A DNA stretch of 64,000 nt. Origin: Vicugna vicugna. Its lineage: Eukaryota. Each line of letters opens with the position of its first letter. Position 1 is the first letter of the stretch. Shown one piece after another: positions 47,779-59,750 of this stretch. The position numbers and the translations under genes were made by a program. Location: contig MU059829.1 of assembly GCA_013265495.1 (NCBI GenBank), positions 3,844,001 to 3,908,000 of the forward strand, read 5' to 3'. The notes beneath the pieces are model-generated. The model saw only the letters and a list, made by a program, of their open reading frames with translations. It searched no databases and was not told the origin of the DNA.

Positions 47779-50351
47779 CTTTCAGAGAGACAGGGTGGAG
47801 GGGCCGTGTGACAGGCGTGGGGGCAGCGGGTGGTCCTCGCACCCCGGCCACGGCCGCAAACGGCCAGCGTGGGGGCAGCGCCGGCCCCTTCCGGGGAAGA
47901 GTGGAACGAGCCCCGGGGGAGGGACAGCAAGCACGGTGACCTGGCCTGGCCGACACCTGAAGCTCCCTGTGTGAAAACAGCAGCGACTGATTAAACGGTG
48001 ATGCAGACAGAGCCAGAGCCGCACGCACGTCCCAGCAGAGGACACCCCCGAAGCGCGCGTTCCCCGGCCCCAGAAATCTCTGCTCTCTGCTGACAGTCGG
48101 ACTGCTGCCCCAGCTTGAGTCAGACCAGGGGCGCCAGGCCCCAGGCGGTCCAGGTGGGACACGGGAGCACCGCTGGCCCCCACCGCACCGGCCTCGGCTC
48201 ACACGGCGGGCCTGCGTCCTGGGCCCCACGGCTCTGCGGGCCACGTGGCCCGGGCAGCGCACAGAGCACAGCTCGGCCACCGAGCAACGGCACCGCGTGG
48301 GTCAAACTCGGAGTCAGCTCTCCAGAGAGACAGCCAAGTGCCAGGCCACGTCACCTGCCGACTTCGCAGAAGGAGGGCAGGCGAGACTGGGCCTCCCTCC
48401 GCGTGCTTCCACCCGCCCGCCCCCCGGGATCTGTGCCATGCCCTCATCCCCTTAAACCTCTTGTTCTTTCCAGTCTGAAAAGAACCTGCATCATGATCAC
48501 TCGTTTCCTGTTGCAGTGAACAGTATCTCCTGTTCCAGGCGACTGTTTCCCTGTGAATCATGTCAAACCCCATCAAGGCGAAGAAGCGAAGTATCGTCAA
48601 AGGAAGCCCTGTACCATCATAGCCCACAGGCAGTGCCGGCCGGGCCCCGGGGCCGTCAGCAGCATGAGCACCGCACAGAACCGGGCCGTGTGCTGGCGCT
48701 CCCAGACCGCCGCTTGTTCTGGCACATGCGGGAGGGAAGGGCCTGGGATAAAGACAAAGCCTTCTGGGGCCACGTGTTAGAGTCCGGCAGGCACCGAGGG
48801 GCCAGGGACATGGCCGTAGGGTCACAGTGACCACAGGTAATGGGCCCCTGAGCTAAGGAGGTTCAGGTGTGGTGAGGACCAGAGAACAGAGACACAAGAG
48901 GCAGGGGAGCGGCTGGCGGGGCTGAGAAGTGGAGGAAGGGTGCACTGTCCCCTGCCGCCACCCCCTCCAGCCCCTCCACCGCACACTCAGAGCTCAGGGA
49001 CGGAGGGCACCTGCCCCGTCTTCCAGTGGGTCCTGCGAGGCGGGGACCCCGGGCACATCCCCACAACCATCTCTTAGGTAACCTGTCTGAGCCCCGCCCC
49101 CATGAGTGCGCATGCTCAGGAAGCAGAAAGGCCGGAGGGCCCGCCCCGCGGGGCACCTGCTCAGGCTGACCTGGGACCAGCAGCCTGGATGCTGCCCTGC
49201 CGTCAAGTCATCGTGAAGACTGTTCTCTGCCGGGAGAGCTGGGCAGGCGCCCAGGTGGGGCGGGAGCGGGCAGAGGGGACGGGCCACGTGGGAAGCACTG
49301 GGGAGCCCAGAGAGGACCAGGGCGAGCAGACGCATCTGCTCAAGAGGACGCGGCCTTCAGCCAAACCGAGTTCTGATCCTGACTTTCCATCTACTCCTGC
49401 CCAGCAAATCGAATCATTTGGGAATAAGCAAAAACAAGGATACGGGGAAAGTGAGCAGGACTCTCCCAAAAACCACCTTCTAAAATCTGGAACCACGCGA
49501 TGGGTGGGCAGTGTGTCCGCAAGTCGTCCCCGTGGCTGGGGACGTTCACTGTCCATCTTCAACCAGTATCAATGGCCAGGCAGCTAAGCAAAGTCGCTTG
49601 ATTTAATGAGAGATGGGAGCTGAGTGGTCACTGAGAAACCCGCGTGGGCAGAGGCCACAGGGGACCCTCCCAGGACACCAGCACTCCCGATGCCCCACGT
49701 CCATCTACGCAGCCAGGTGAGCGCTGACCCTGCCCGGTGTCTGGGCCCCGGGCCCCGGGAGACCGAGCTGCACCCAGCAGGGGAGGGCCTTCCTGGTGTG
49801 ACGTCTTGTATCTGCACTCAAAACAGCCTCCTCTGTAAACCAGCACCCGCATCTAGCTGAAAAGGCAGCCTAAAAAGCCGCTGGGCGGGGAAATCGGGAA
49901 ACCCTCCTTCACAGACCTCCCCCACTCGGGCCGCGTACGGGCTCCGTCAACCACGGTCAGTTCGCGTAAGTCCTGGCACAGGTTCCTGAGCCACCCCCCA
50001 CCCCGCCCCAGGCCCAGGCCTGACCCCAGAGCGAGACCCTGGACCTTCCGGCACCCCCCCGCCTGGTGACCGTGTGCAGCCCGCCCCCCACTGGTGTCTG
50101 AAGTGGGGGCCATCTCCTGGTACGGAGCCCCTCCCTGCGGGGTCCAACATTCTTCTGGGGGCGTTTTGACCTTGTTCAGCAGGTTGGGGTCCCCAGAGCC
50201 CACCCCACCCCCCGGCAGTCACCTCATGTCACTGCTCAGAGGAGAGGAGGGGCCGAGAGCCTGCTGCCGGCAAGAGGAGACGCTCAGTCAGGCCAGGCCG
50301 GCCCACCTCCGAGCTGGTGAGGAGCGCGGACGGGCGCGCGGAGGGGCGTAC

Positions 50352-50444
50352 CTGGAGCAGCAGGATGAACTGCGGGAACCTCTGTATGGGCTTCATCATC
50401 AGGCTGTAGAGCGTGACGCGGTCAGGGCTGGACTCCTGGCACTG
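50352..50444 (-). CDS. ARHGEF10: ARHGEF10 exon 15 (93 nt), DH domain: [31 protein letters not shown]
   Basis: Acceptor tctcccgcag|CAG, donor CAG|gtacgc; DH conserved region 3 ([13 protein letters not shown]). Confidence 0.97.
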
Positions 50445-51327
50445 CTGCGGGAGACGGGCGCTCACTCGTGCGCGGACGTGGCCGGCCGGGGGCACCCACG
50501 CCTGCCTGCGCTGCAGGCCTGCTCCAAAACAGCCTCCGCACCTCGCACCTCACACGCACGCGGGTGCACCTGCGTCCACAGGGCGCCCTGCCTGGCCTCC
50601 TGGCCACAGCCTTCCCCGGTCTTCACTCTGGGTTTGAGAGCCACCTCTGACTGCTGGACAGTGCTCGCACTTGGGATCTGATCTCCGCCCTCTGAGGGCT
50701 AAGTAAGCTTCTGAGGTTCTACACCCACAGGAAAAGTGCAGTTCTCCCCCCAAAAAAGTCACAGAATCCTGAATCAGAGCTGCAAGGGCCCTTGAAGGCA
50801 GCGGGCCCCACGTGTCGGGGGCGAACCCTCCCTGCTGCCAGGGCTCATCCTGCGCTGGGCCAGACCTCCCCATTGGAGGCTTCGCTCAGCCGTGCAGAGG
50901 GTGGGCAGCCCCGCCCCACTCCCAACATCAGAGGAGGCCCCAAGCCCAGGAGCCTCACCAGCCACGTGGGGCTCGGCCTCGCTGCCCGACGCCCAGAGCG
51001 CCGCGGAGCCCTCCAACCCAGACCCCGAACGCCACGCCCTGCTCCCCCCAGCGCTGTGCTGAAGGCCGGAAGCAAAAGGCCACCCACACACTTCCAAGGA
51101 CGTGCAAATAACGGTTATTTTCAAAAAGCTACGTTACCACTAGAAATTCACCTTTATTTCTAGCACTGATCCAAGACCTGGGGTCCTGATGGTGCTAAAA
51201 TCTTTACAATAAACAACATTCTACTTGTAGAGGCAAAAGGTTTGGGAAATTTTCATTAGGAAGCACTCTGACATGGGACCTCTTATCAGAAGGTATTAAA
51301 ACCCCCCAATTTTTTTTAAGTGCTTAC

Positions 51328-51444
51328 CTTTAAAAATTCAAGAAAAGCAGGTTTTGTAGCACACGTTTTCTTAAGGATTGCCACCGCTGTGCTAAAATTA
51401 TTCACATATTCACTGTAAGCATCCAGCACCATGGACTTGGAAAA
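51328..51444 (-). CDS. ARHGEF10: ARHGEF10 exon 14 (117 nt), DH domain: [39 protein letters not shown]
   Basis: Acceptor ctgtatttcag|TTT, donor AAG|gtaagc. Confidence 0.97.
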
Positions 51445-51844
51445 CTGAAATACAGGAGGAAATTGAGAAGCATAAACAACGCAGAGTCCAAACGCCCCCT
51501 TCCCGAGCTTGTCACAAAATACTGAATCCCGCACCAGCGACGACCCTCAGCCACCGACGTTCTCACAGGATAAACTTTGTTAGGCTGTGTGATCGCTTTT
51601 TGCTTTGAACAAACTTGCTAGGAGTTGTTAAATGGCTGGTTCTCTCACTGTGCCGCCCCCAGGGCACTTTGGCATCCCTGCTCCGAACCATGGCGCCGCG
51701 GGTCTCAGTTAAGGACTTGTCCTGACGACGGACGTCTAAAGACACGGCTACCGACATCTTTCCTTAACTTCCTGCCAACAGTGGGCACTCCGATCTCACC
51801 TCCAGGTGAGAGGCAGCAGGGAGGGATGGAAGGGGCCGGCTTAC

Positions 51845-52024
51845 CGAGGCCACGAAGACGTCTCCGATCATCTCCACGGAGTCCCACTCGGCCACGCGGC
51901 TGGCCAGCGCCATCTGGAACAGGCAGTGGCACTGCAGGACCTCCTTGACCCGGTAGAACACGGTCCGCAGCTTCCTCTCGCTCAGCATCTTGGGCTCCAT
52001 CTCGGACAGCGGCCTCTCATATTG
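51845..52024 (-). CDS. ARHGEF10: ARHGEF10 exon 13 (180 nt), DH domain: [60 protein letters not shown]
   Basis: Acceptor cccctcccag|CAA, donor TCG|gtaagc; phase 0-0. Confidence 0.97.
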
Positions 52025-52254
52025 CTGGGAGGGGGCAGGGACGGCACGGGTGCTCGCACGGCCCCCAAGAGCCGCAGACAGGCCCCCGTGCGAGTCACAC
52101 TTACGGCAAAGCAAGTCCCCCCACCACTGAGGTCAGCACACACGCGGCTCTTAGACCGTTTTGAGAATTCTGCAAACGAGTACTTTACGGTTCACACATG
52201 TCAACGTACATACGTAACAAAACAAACGCACTGCATAGCGAGGCACTTCCGTAC

Positions 52255-52332
52255 CTCCAGGATCCTCTTTAGAGCATCCACATAGTTCTTCTCACTGTCG
52301 ACCACGGAGCCCAGAATGTACCTTCTCACCAC
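52255..52332 (-). CDS. ARHGEF10: ARHGEF10 exon 12 (78 nt), start of DH domain: VVRRYILGSVVDSEKNYVDALKRILE
   Basis: Acceptor atcccgacag|GTG, donor GAG|gtacgg; DH conserved region 1 (SEKNY). Confidence 0.97.
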
Positions 52333-53384
52333 CTGTCGGGATTTGAAAGCACGATGGTCGAAAACGGCCTCAGAAGACAACAGATCAATTTTACTTCTAT
52401 GTTGACGCAAGTTGATAAAGAAGTTTTTGTTTTCAAAACAGTAGGTCAGCGAAACCTCCCAAGGCCTTAAAGTATTTTAGATGATGTGTTAACTAACTCC
52501 CACGCTGGGCACAAATGCACTTCCCCCATCACCTCAATTTTGTTGTGTATTTTTAACCCTCAAATTATAAACTGTAACCACAGCAGGAGAATTAAGTTGT
52601 AGCATTAATAACGGTTTCACTCACTTATCCAGTGACAATGAACCGAATTAACTGATAGCATTTTAAGTGTCCAGCATGGAGTTATGCGGTATTTCGCGGA
52701 TGCACTAAGTATTAAAAACACAGTTCCAGTCTTGACTCAGGGAATGATGTCAGTAACACTAATCTAAAATCATTCCAAAGTTACTTTAAAAAAAAAAAAG
52801 CCTTTGGAAGGTGGAGGCACAGCTCACCTCCGAGGCTGAGGACATGTGAGTGAGTTACCCGTGCCATTTCCAGCTGCAAAAGGTCCTCTACCGTCTGGGA
52901 TCCTTGATTGCAAATGGTGACAACACTGGGTTTACTTCTCGTTACTGAAGCACACGCAGGCACAAATTCCTAACCCAACCCACACCCACAGGCACCCCGG
53001 CCGCAGCCCGCGGCAGGGAGACTCATTTCAGAACCACGATGCCCCCTGGCGGCAGAGGGTGCCCCTTCCATGGGAGACGCCTCCAGTCCCCACTCCAGGC
53101 TCGGACACCGAGGGAACGACTCCTTTCTTTACAAAAAAGGCTGTTTCATTCACAGAATTAAGGCAAAAATCAACCCTTCTGGGGTCCTTGAGGAAGAAAG
53201 TGACATAAAGGGTTGTCAAGACTAAAACACAAGCGCACACACACCGCCCTCCTGCGGCTGACTCCCAGCACGGTCGGCCCACAGGCCCGCGCTCTGAAAC
53301 GAGGGTGAGACCCCACGACCGGGATGCGCCCCACACTGCAGACGGTCAAATCCGGGCCGCCTCCTCCCCAAACCCAGAGTCCCA

Positions 53385-53510
53385 GACACCACCCCAAGTC
53401 TGGACTCAGGGTATCTGGGGGGCTGGGGGATCCAACCTAGGAATTAAATGTATTTAAAGTCCTGAGATGACACCAATGTGTTAGGTCGAAGGACCTGGAA
53501 CTGCTATGAA
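53385..53510. mobile_element. Possible MER5-type hAT DNA transposon remnant
   Basis: ccaccccaagtctggactcagggtatctggggggg...ctaggaattaaatgtatttaaagtcctgagatgacaccaatg is only weakly similar to recalled MER5A. Confidence 0.3.
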
Positions 53511-54464
53511 GACAACTGGAAAACACAAAGTGAAACCAGCCAGCTACCGGGATCTCACGGCCGCTGCAGGCAGGTCAGCAGGTGGACAGCGCGCCCAGTG
53601 CAGGTTCCCAGGCTCAGTCTTCCGAGACCCCCACCCGAAGGTTGTGGGGAGAACTCAGCCCCGGGACAGGCTCTCCTGCAAAGCCGTCAGCGTGGAGGTC
53701 TCGGGGCTCGGGGCTGGAGGAGGAGGGAGCAGCCCGCCTGTCCCCGGACCGGAGGCCCTTCAGCATCAAGGCTGCTTCAAAATGAACACCCACGCAGGAA
53801 GTAAAGGGGGCTGTCTGGATAGGCGCGTGAACACTGCTAGATACCCTGCACTTTTCCTGACAGTTATGGGGCCTTATTTCAACTTTGGAAGAAATTAAAA
53901 AGAGCGTCAACATCCTGGTTTAATCTTTTAAGAGAAACTCCTGTGAGAACCGGCAGTTACCAGCGGGAAAGACGTGGCCTCTGTGAGCCGCGTGGTGGAG
54001 GAAGCGCGCTGGGGGGGGCGAGCACAGAAGCCGAAGCACAAGTCAGAGCCCAGCTGCCGCCTGCTCCGCGCGGAGGGCGCCTGCGAGGTGCCTGGAAGAG
54101 CCCGGCCCGCACCACGTCAGAGTCCTGATACGCCACAAGGGAGACGCAGGGGGTACAGCGTCCCCGCTTCACAGAGGAGGGCAGCACACAGACAGAGCCA
54201 CCCACCCCACCAGAGTCTCCCGGTGCCGCAGTGCCGGGGTCGGAACAGGTCTGTGGACGCCTTCGGGGGCGACCTTTCCCGACCTGGACACACCCGTCCT
54301 AGCTGTTACCACCCAGCCCTCTGGGGGAGACCACAGACCAGCAGGCGTGAGTGTCTGTTAGGGCCCTCCAGGCTCGAAACACTGTCTCCTGACCGACCCT
54401 CACCACCCCTCACTGCCCCCAAGTCCAGGCTCGGACAGTGACTCCAAGTGGTCACTGTGCCTCT

Positions 54465-54587
54465 GGCCCACCCGAGCCCCCATCTCTGCACGGCCAGCTG
54501 CCCCGTCCACGGCCCTTCCCGTGGTGCTCCCGGCCCATCCGAGCCCATCTCCACACAGCTGGCCCCCCTCGTGGTGCTCCCGGCCCA
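54465..54587 (+). repeat. Imperfect local duplication
   Basis: cgtggtgctcccggccca exact at 54,520 and 54,570; ggccca(c/t)ccgagccc..catctc at 54,465 and 54,532. Confidence 0.75.
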
Positions 54588-55313
54588 GGGGCTCTGCTGC
54601 ACATCGTGCCACACGACACCATGTCATCCAAGAACAGGGCCTGGCTGCAGGGGCCCCAAAGGTGGGCACGTCCCAGCCAGAGGCCCCCCGGCGAGGTCGA
54701 GGGCATTTTCCAGCAGTCAGTTCCCTTTTCAAACTTGTGAGGCTCAACCAGGTGCATGAGCCACGAAGCAGAACCACGAGCGGGGCCAGCAGAGCCCCGT
54801 CCCCGCCGGCATGGGGGCCACATTTCAGACCCGGGAGCGTGCGGGAGGCGGAGGACGCAGGATGCGGAAGGAGCTGGACGCAGCCACGCCATCTCATGGG
54901 CCACCCCACCACACGGGCCACCCCGATCATGACCTCCTCTGGGCCCGGCGTCCCCCTCTCCCCGGAGGACGTGCAAGGATTACACGAGGTGAAGTGTGGG
55001 GGGGGGCTCACAGGCTATCTGTGGTGTCCCCTGCCTTCCAAGCATTTCCACGGTTACACTGGGGGTGGTACTCGAAATCTACGGCCCGGATGCTGGAGCC
55101 CAGAACACAGCTCCTGACCAGGCCCCGGAGGCCACAGCTGCAGGGTTAGCCCCTTCCTTGCTGGACCAGGAGAGGCCCATAGAGGGGCCCAGGTGGATGG
55201 AGCGACCAGGAGTTTGTGACAGCAGGTGATCCCCAGCGGCACGTGAACAGCCAGCCCAGCTGCTCTGGCTAAAAATAAGTCACAAAGCGGAGCAGCAGCC
55301 CCAGCTCGCCCAC

Positions 55314-55423
55314 CTGCTGCTGAGATAAGCCTTCAGGCATCGGGGTCAGGACGGCTTCCGGGTGCCTGCAGTCCACGTCGATAAAGACGTTCTGCTCCTC
55401 CTCCTCCAGACAGGACCTGTGAT
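55314..55423 (-). CDS. ARHGEF10: ARHGEF10 exon 11 (110 nt): (D)HRSCLEEEEQNVFIDVDCRHPEAVLTPMPEGLSQQQ
   Basis: Acceptor tgtctttaag|AT, donor CAG|gtgggc; phase 1 to 0. Confidence 0.95.
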
Positions 55424-56089
55424 CTTAAAGACAGACAGAACGTGCTCGTTGGACGTGGAAACAGCACCTTTCTAACAGCACAGCCAAGGTCGCCGCCGAC
55501 GCCTTGGGCAGACAAAGCCAAGAAAACTCCCTTCCCGCAAGAGCGGCGCAGCATCTGTCGGTGTTTGAAATTCTCAATGCTCGGCGTGTAACTTCCAGAT
55601 AGATGCGTCATTCGAGTACCTAGACGGTAAAGCAGGAATACGCGTTTCAGCCTTTTCATCTGCAGAACGCCAGCCAGGAACAAAGACAGGCAGCCAGGAA
55701 CGACTGAGCGCCGACCCTCGGTCAGCGAGACCTTTCTGGCTGTCGGCCCTCCTCACCAGAAGTCTGAAAAGGAACCACTCTCCCAGAGTCAAAACTTCTG
55801 GCCAAAGCGAACCTCATTTCTAAAGACTTAGATGCAGCTAAACAATCCAAAGCATCCACGAAAAGGCTGGAGAACCAGAAACGCACAGCGGTCCTCAGGT
55901 GACAAGAACCCAGAGGCCGCCCCACTCGAAGACACAAAACCCTAGAGAAGAAAACTGCCTGGGAGCTTTCAAAACCCACCGCGCCTCCACACCGAGGAGA
56001 ACGGCTGGGACTCAGGACCCCGACGGCGCCACGTGCTGCTGAGGACGTGGGGCGCAGGATGGCGCGGCCACTCTGGGAGACCGTCCGGG

Positions 56090-56800
56090 GGGCCCTGCAC
56101 AACCAAACACGCTCTCACCCTGTGACCCAGCAGTCACGCTCCTGGGGATTTTCCCGAAGGAGCTGAAACCTTACGTCCACTCGAAAACCTGCACACGCAC
56201 GTTTCCAGTGCTTTTACCCGTAACTGCCAAAACGTGGATGCAACCAGGACGCCCCTCAGCAGGTGAACGGATAAATAAGCCGCGGACCAGGACCATCCAG
56301 ACGATGCGACACTATTCAGCTCAAGAGAAATGAGCTGTCCAGCCGTGGAAAGACGAGGAAGAACTTTAAAGGCACACGACTCATCGGAAGAATCCAATCC
56401 GAAAAGGCCACACGTGTGACTCCAACTGTGAGAACATCCTGGAGAAGCTAAAACCCTGGAGACGTAAGATCAGCGGCTGTCAGGGGCTGGGGTTCGCGAC
56501 GGATGAGCAGTGGAGCACAGAGCGTTTTCGCTGTGACGCCACGTGGTGGACACAAGTCATTGTGCCATCTGTCCAAACCCACAGAACGGACACCACCAGG
56601 AGTGCCCCCAGCGTAAACCACGGGCTCGGGGTGACGGGGACGTGTCCACAAGCTCACAGCTGTGACAAGTGGACCGTCTAGGGGGTGCTGATGGCGGGGG
56701 AGGCTGTGCGGGGAGGACGGGGACACGGGGCATCTCTGGACTCCTCACTCAGTTTTGCTGTGAACCTAAAATTGCTCTAAATTATGCTCTTTAAAAAAAC
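56090..56800 (+). mobile_element. L1 3' end (L1MC1/2-like), antisense to ARHGEF10
   Basis: tgtgacccagcagtcacgctcctggggattttcccgaaggagctgaaaccttacgtccac... through ...cagttttgctgtgaacctaaaattgctctaaa is the characteristic L1MC 3' UTR end. Confidence 0.85.
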
Positions 56801-58100
56801 CCAGAACGTCCCAGTGTCCAGACCCCGCTCGAGACTCGCAGACGGCCTGAGCGGCAGTGGGCCTGCGCGCCTGGTTCCTGCCTGGGCACCTCCAGGGCCC
56901 AGAACCACGAGTTAGCCCAGTCTCCCCATTTCGCAGCTCAGGGAACCAGGGCCACGGGGTTTGGGGTGTGTGTATCGTGCTGCCAACCAGGGATGACCCT
57001 TCCCGCTCCCCCACTCTCCCCAGGCCCGCCCCTCGTCCTGTCCCAGGGACCTCGTTCGCCTGCAGATCCTGCTCCAGGGGTCTAGGGTGGACCCATGTCG
57101 GCACTTGTGACTAGACCCTGGAACCAGGGCCCCAAACCCCAGCCTCTGCCCTTCTCGGGCTCTGCCTGTGTGTCCCCCACAAAGGGTCCCCTCCGGAACA
57201 CACGGGCTGCAGCCACCGCACTGCCATCTCGCTCCCCGGACAAACCCTGTCTTGTGTTAAGAGGCTCACAACTGCACAAGGATTAGCACTTCTTTAAAGG
57301 CCTCGGTAGTTCCAGCTGTGATTACAGATGGTCTCCCTGGGCCATTCCCCGAGGAAGCACAGGGTCTCAGAGTCCTCTCCAAGCACCGTGATTAGCAAAT
57401 GCCGCTCCGAGCCGGCACCGGATTTGCACCTTAGAAGCTCGTAGGAACAGCACAGGAACGCGCCATTAGAGGACCCAGTCGGAGTCACAGCGCCTCCGTG
57501 TGACGCCGAGCCTCCCCTACCGCCTAGCGAGGCGCCCACCGAAACGCCCTCACACGCCAGCGATCCTTGGCCCGGAGCCGCGGCCCAGACGGCCCGTCCT
57601 CTGACACGCACACAGCTCGGGCTGCTGCCCTTACTGAAATTTCACAAACCCTGACAATTCTGACCTCACTCCGGGCGCCTCTCACCAGAACAAGTCCCTG
57701 CAGTCCTGCTTTGAGCCTGCCCTCCTCAGCCTCCCCGGGCGGTAAACACAGCATCGTCATGATCATCATGAACAAGACTGCGAAGAATCCACGCCTGATC
57801 GGGGTCTCTGGGGACCCAAGGGGACGAGGGTGGGAGGACCCGTCCCCCAAGGAGCACCATGCATCCAGCTGCTGAGGGAGACGGTAAAAGGGAAGTGGAT
57901 CCTCGCCCGCGAGAAGTCGGTGAACTTCCTGCAGCTGGTGGACCCCCCGGAGGAAGTCCCAGATGCCCGGTACCCACAGGTACCTGCAGCCGAGGCCACA
58001 GACCCTGCCCCATGTGCTGGGAGGAGGCCGTGCGCCGCCAGCACATGCAGGACTGAGGAGGGGGCGACACCCAGGGGACCCCGTGCGCGAGCCTGCGGAC

Positions 58101-58215
58101 CTGCAGAGACGAAGGACTTGGTCCTGATGAAGGAGCGGCCCCGCTTCACCGCAGCCTTGGTCCGCTCCAGCCCGTCCTTGGTGCCTTCCCTCGCCGCCCT
58201 CATGAGCTTCTGCAT
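58101..58215 (-). CDS. ARHGEF10: ARHGEF10 exon 10 (115 nt): MQKLMRAAREGTKDGLERTKAAVKRGRSFIRTKSFVSA
   Basis: Acceptor ttccgcag|ATG, donor CAG|gtccgc; phase 0 to 1 fits exon 11. Confidence 0.94.
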
Positions 58216-59299
58216 CTGCGGAAAGGGAGACAGGTGATGGGGGGGCGGCGACCAGCATCTCCTTGCTCTCCACGAATTTTTTAAAAGAATACTGTCAAGT
58301 AGTTTGGTCTTGAAACGCCATCTGAAATTGGCTCTTTGATCTGGCAGAGCTTTGCTGGCTGTTTCGAGTGTGCACGTGGTGTGCTGGGGGAGGGGGGAGG
58401 GCTGTTTGGTTTGGTTTTGCTGGTTAAAAAAAAGGAAGAAAAACAAACTTTAAAATCGGAGCCCTTCCTTGACATAAAGGAGTCTCCTGCTGCATTTAAA
58501 AGTCAGTCCTCGCTTTTATTATAAACGCCTGCCGAGAGCTCTGCAGAAGCCGAGTCTGGAGAAGCCACGTTTGCAAAGTAAACGGTCTGCCCGGGGTTAG
58601 CAGGCAGATCGCAGGGAATAGCAGAACCACCCACTGGAGACCCCGCCCACCCAGCTTGGCCCCGGACCCTCCCCACCAGCCCTCCTCAGCTCCCCCGGGA
58701 GGCCAGCCCAGGGGCTCACAGGCCGTCCGTCCTGAGGGCCACGGGGAGCCCGCCCAGGACACGGAGAGGCCGTGCCCACTGAACGGACCTGATGAGCCAG
58801 TCCCACGACTCGGATGGGGGGACAGCCTGCAGAGGAAGCGACAGACCCCCCGCCCCGCCCTGCCCAGCGGAGGCTGGAGACTAGAAAGACCACTGCCCAC
58901 CGTGGAGCTGACTCAGCCTGGTCCCGTTAAGCTGGTGACACTCAGACTGGCCACTGTGCCCAGAGCTTCCGATGACGTGCTTGGAATTTTATCCTCGTTT
59001 CTCACCCTTCGTAAGTCTGACACCTGAGGTGCTGGCCACTGAGCAACGGATCGTTTACAGAAAACCCATATGGCCACTCAAAGACAAACCAGCCCCTTTC
59101 GGTCATCTACAGCGCTTCCCCACCCGCCAGACGAGGGCTCTCGACACCTGGCTGCGCGCTCACCTTGCCCTCAGCCTGGCCTCCCTCCACCGGCCTCTTG
59201 ACCGGTGCTTCTCACCCGGGAAGAACCCACCACGTGGTTGTGCATTTGTGCAAAGCGGCACCAGGTGAGGGGAACCTGGGGGGCCGAGGTTCAGACCGT

Positions 59300-59750
59300 G
59301 CTTGGCCAGCCAAGCCGTCCAGCCTGAGTGTGTGACCGGTGGACGCAGGGGCCGAGCCCTTGGCCGCGCTCAGCACTCCCCGGGCGCGGGCAGCTCCTCC
59401 AGGAACCTCCAGCCCAAGTGTTTCTGCAAGTCCTGGATGACCCCGAGCCTCGGGCGGCCTTCCCAAGCACGTGCACCGAGGCTACCACTCAGCACAGGGA
59501 AGATCCACCTCGACTTCTCCAGGTTACACTCGGCAAAGCTGCCTTTGGATCCCGACTCCTGTATCCCTCCAACCAGAAGTGGCTGCCCTGCTGACCACTC
59601 AGACTGCAGCCTGCATTTCCCCGTCTCCACAGCCACAGCCATCCCCTCGCTCTGCCCGTGTGCCCTGCCTGTTTGGCCAGCAGGCACCCCCCTGTCATTT
59701 CCTTCCACACAGTCACCCAGACCCCCCTCCTCCTCACCCCAGACCTGGAC
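59300..59750 (+). mobile_element. Probable L2 ORF2-region fragment
   Basis: C-rich stretch (ctgcatttccccgtctccacagccacagccatcccctcgc...ttccttccacacagtcacccag) resembles recalled L2 internal sequence; highly diverged. Confidence 0.4.
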
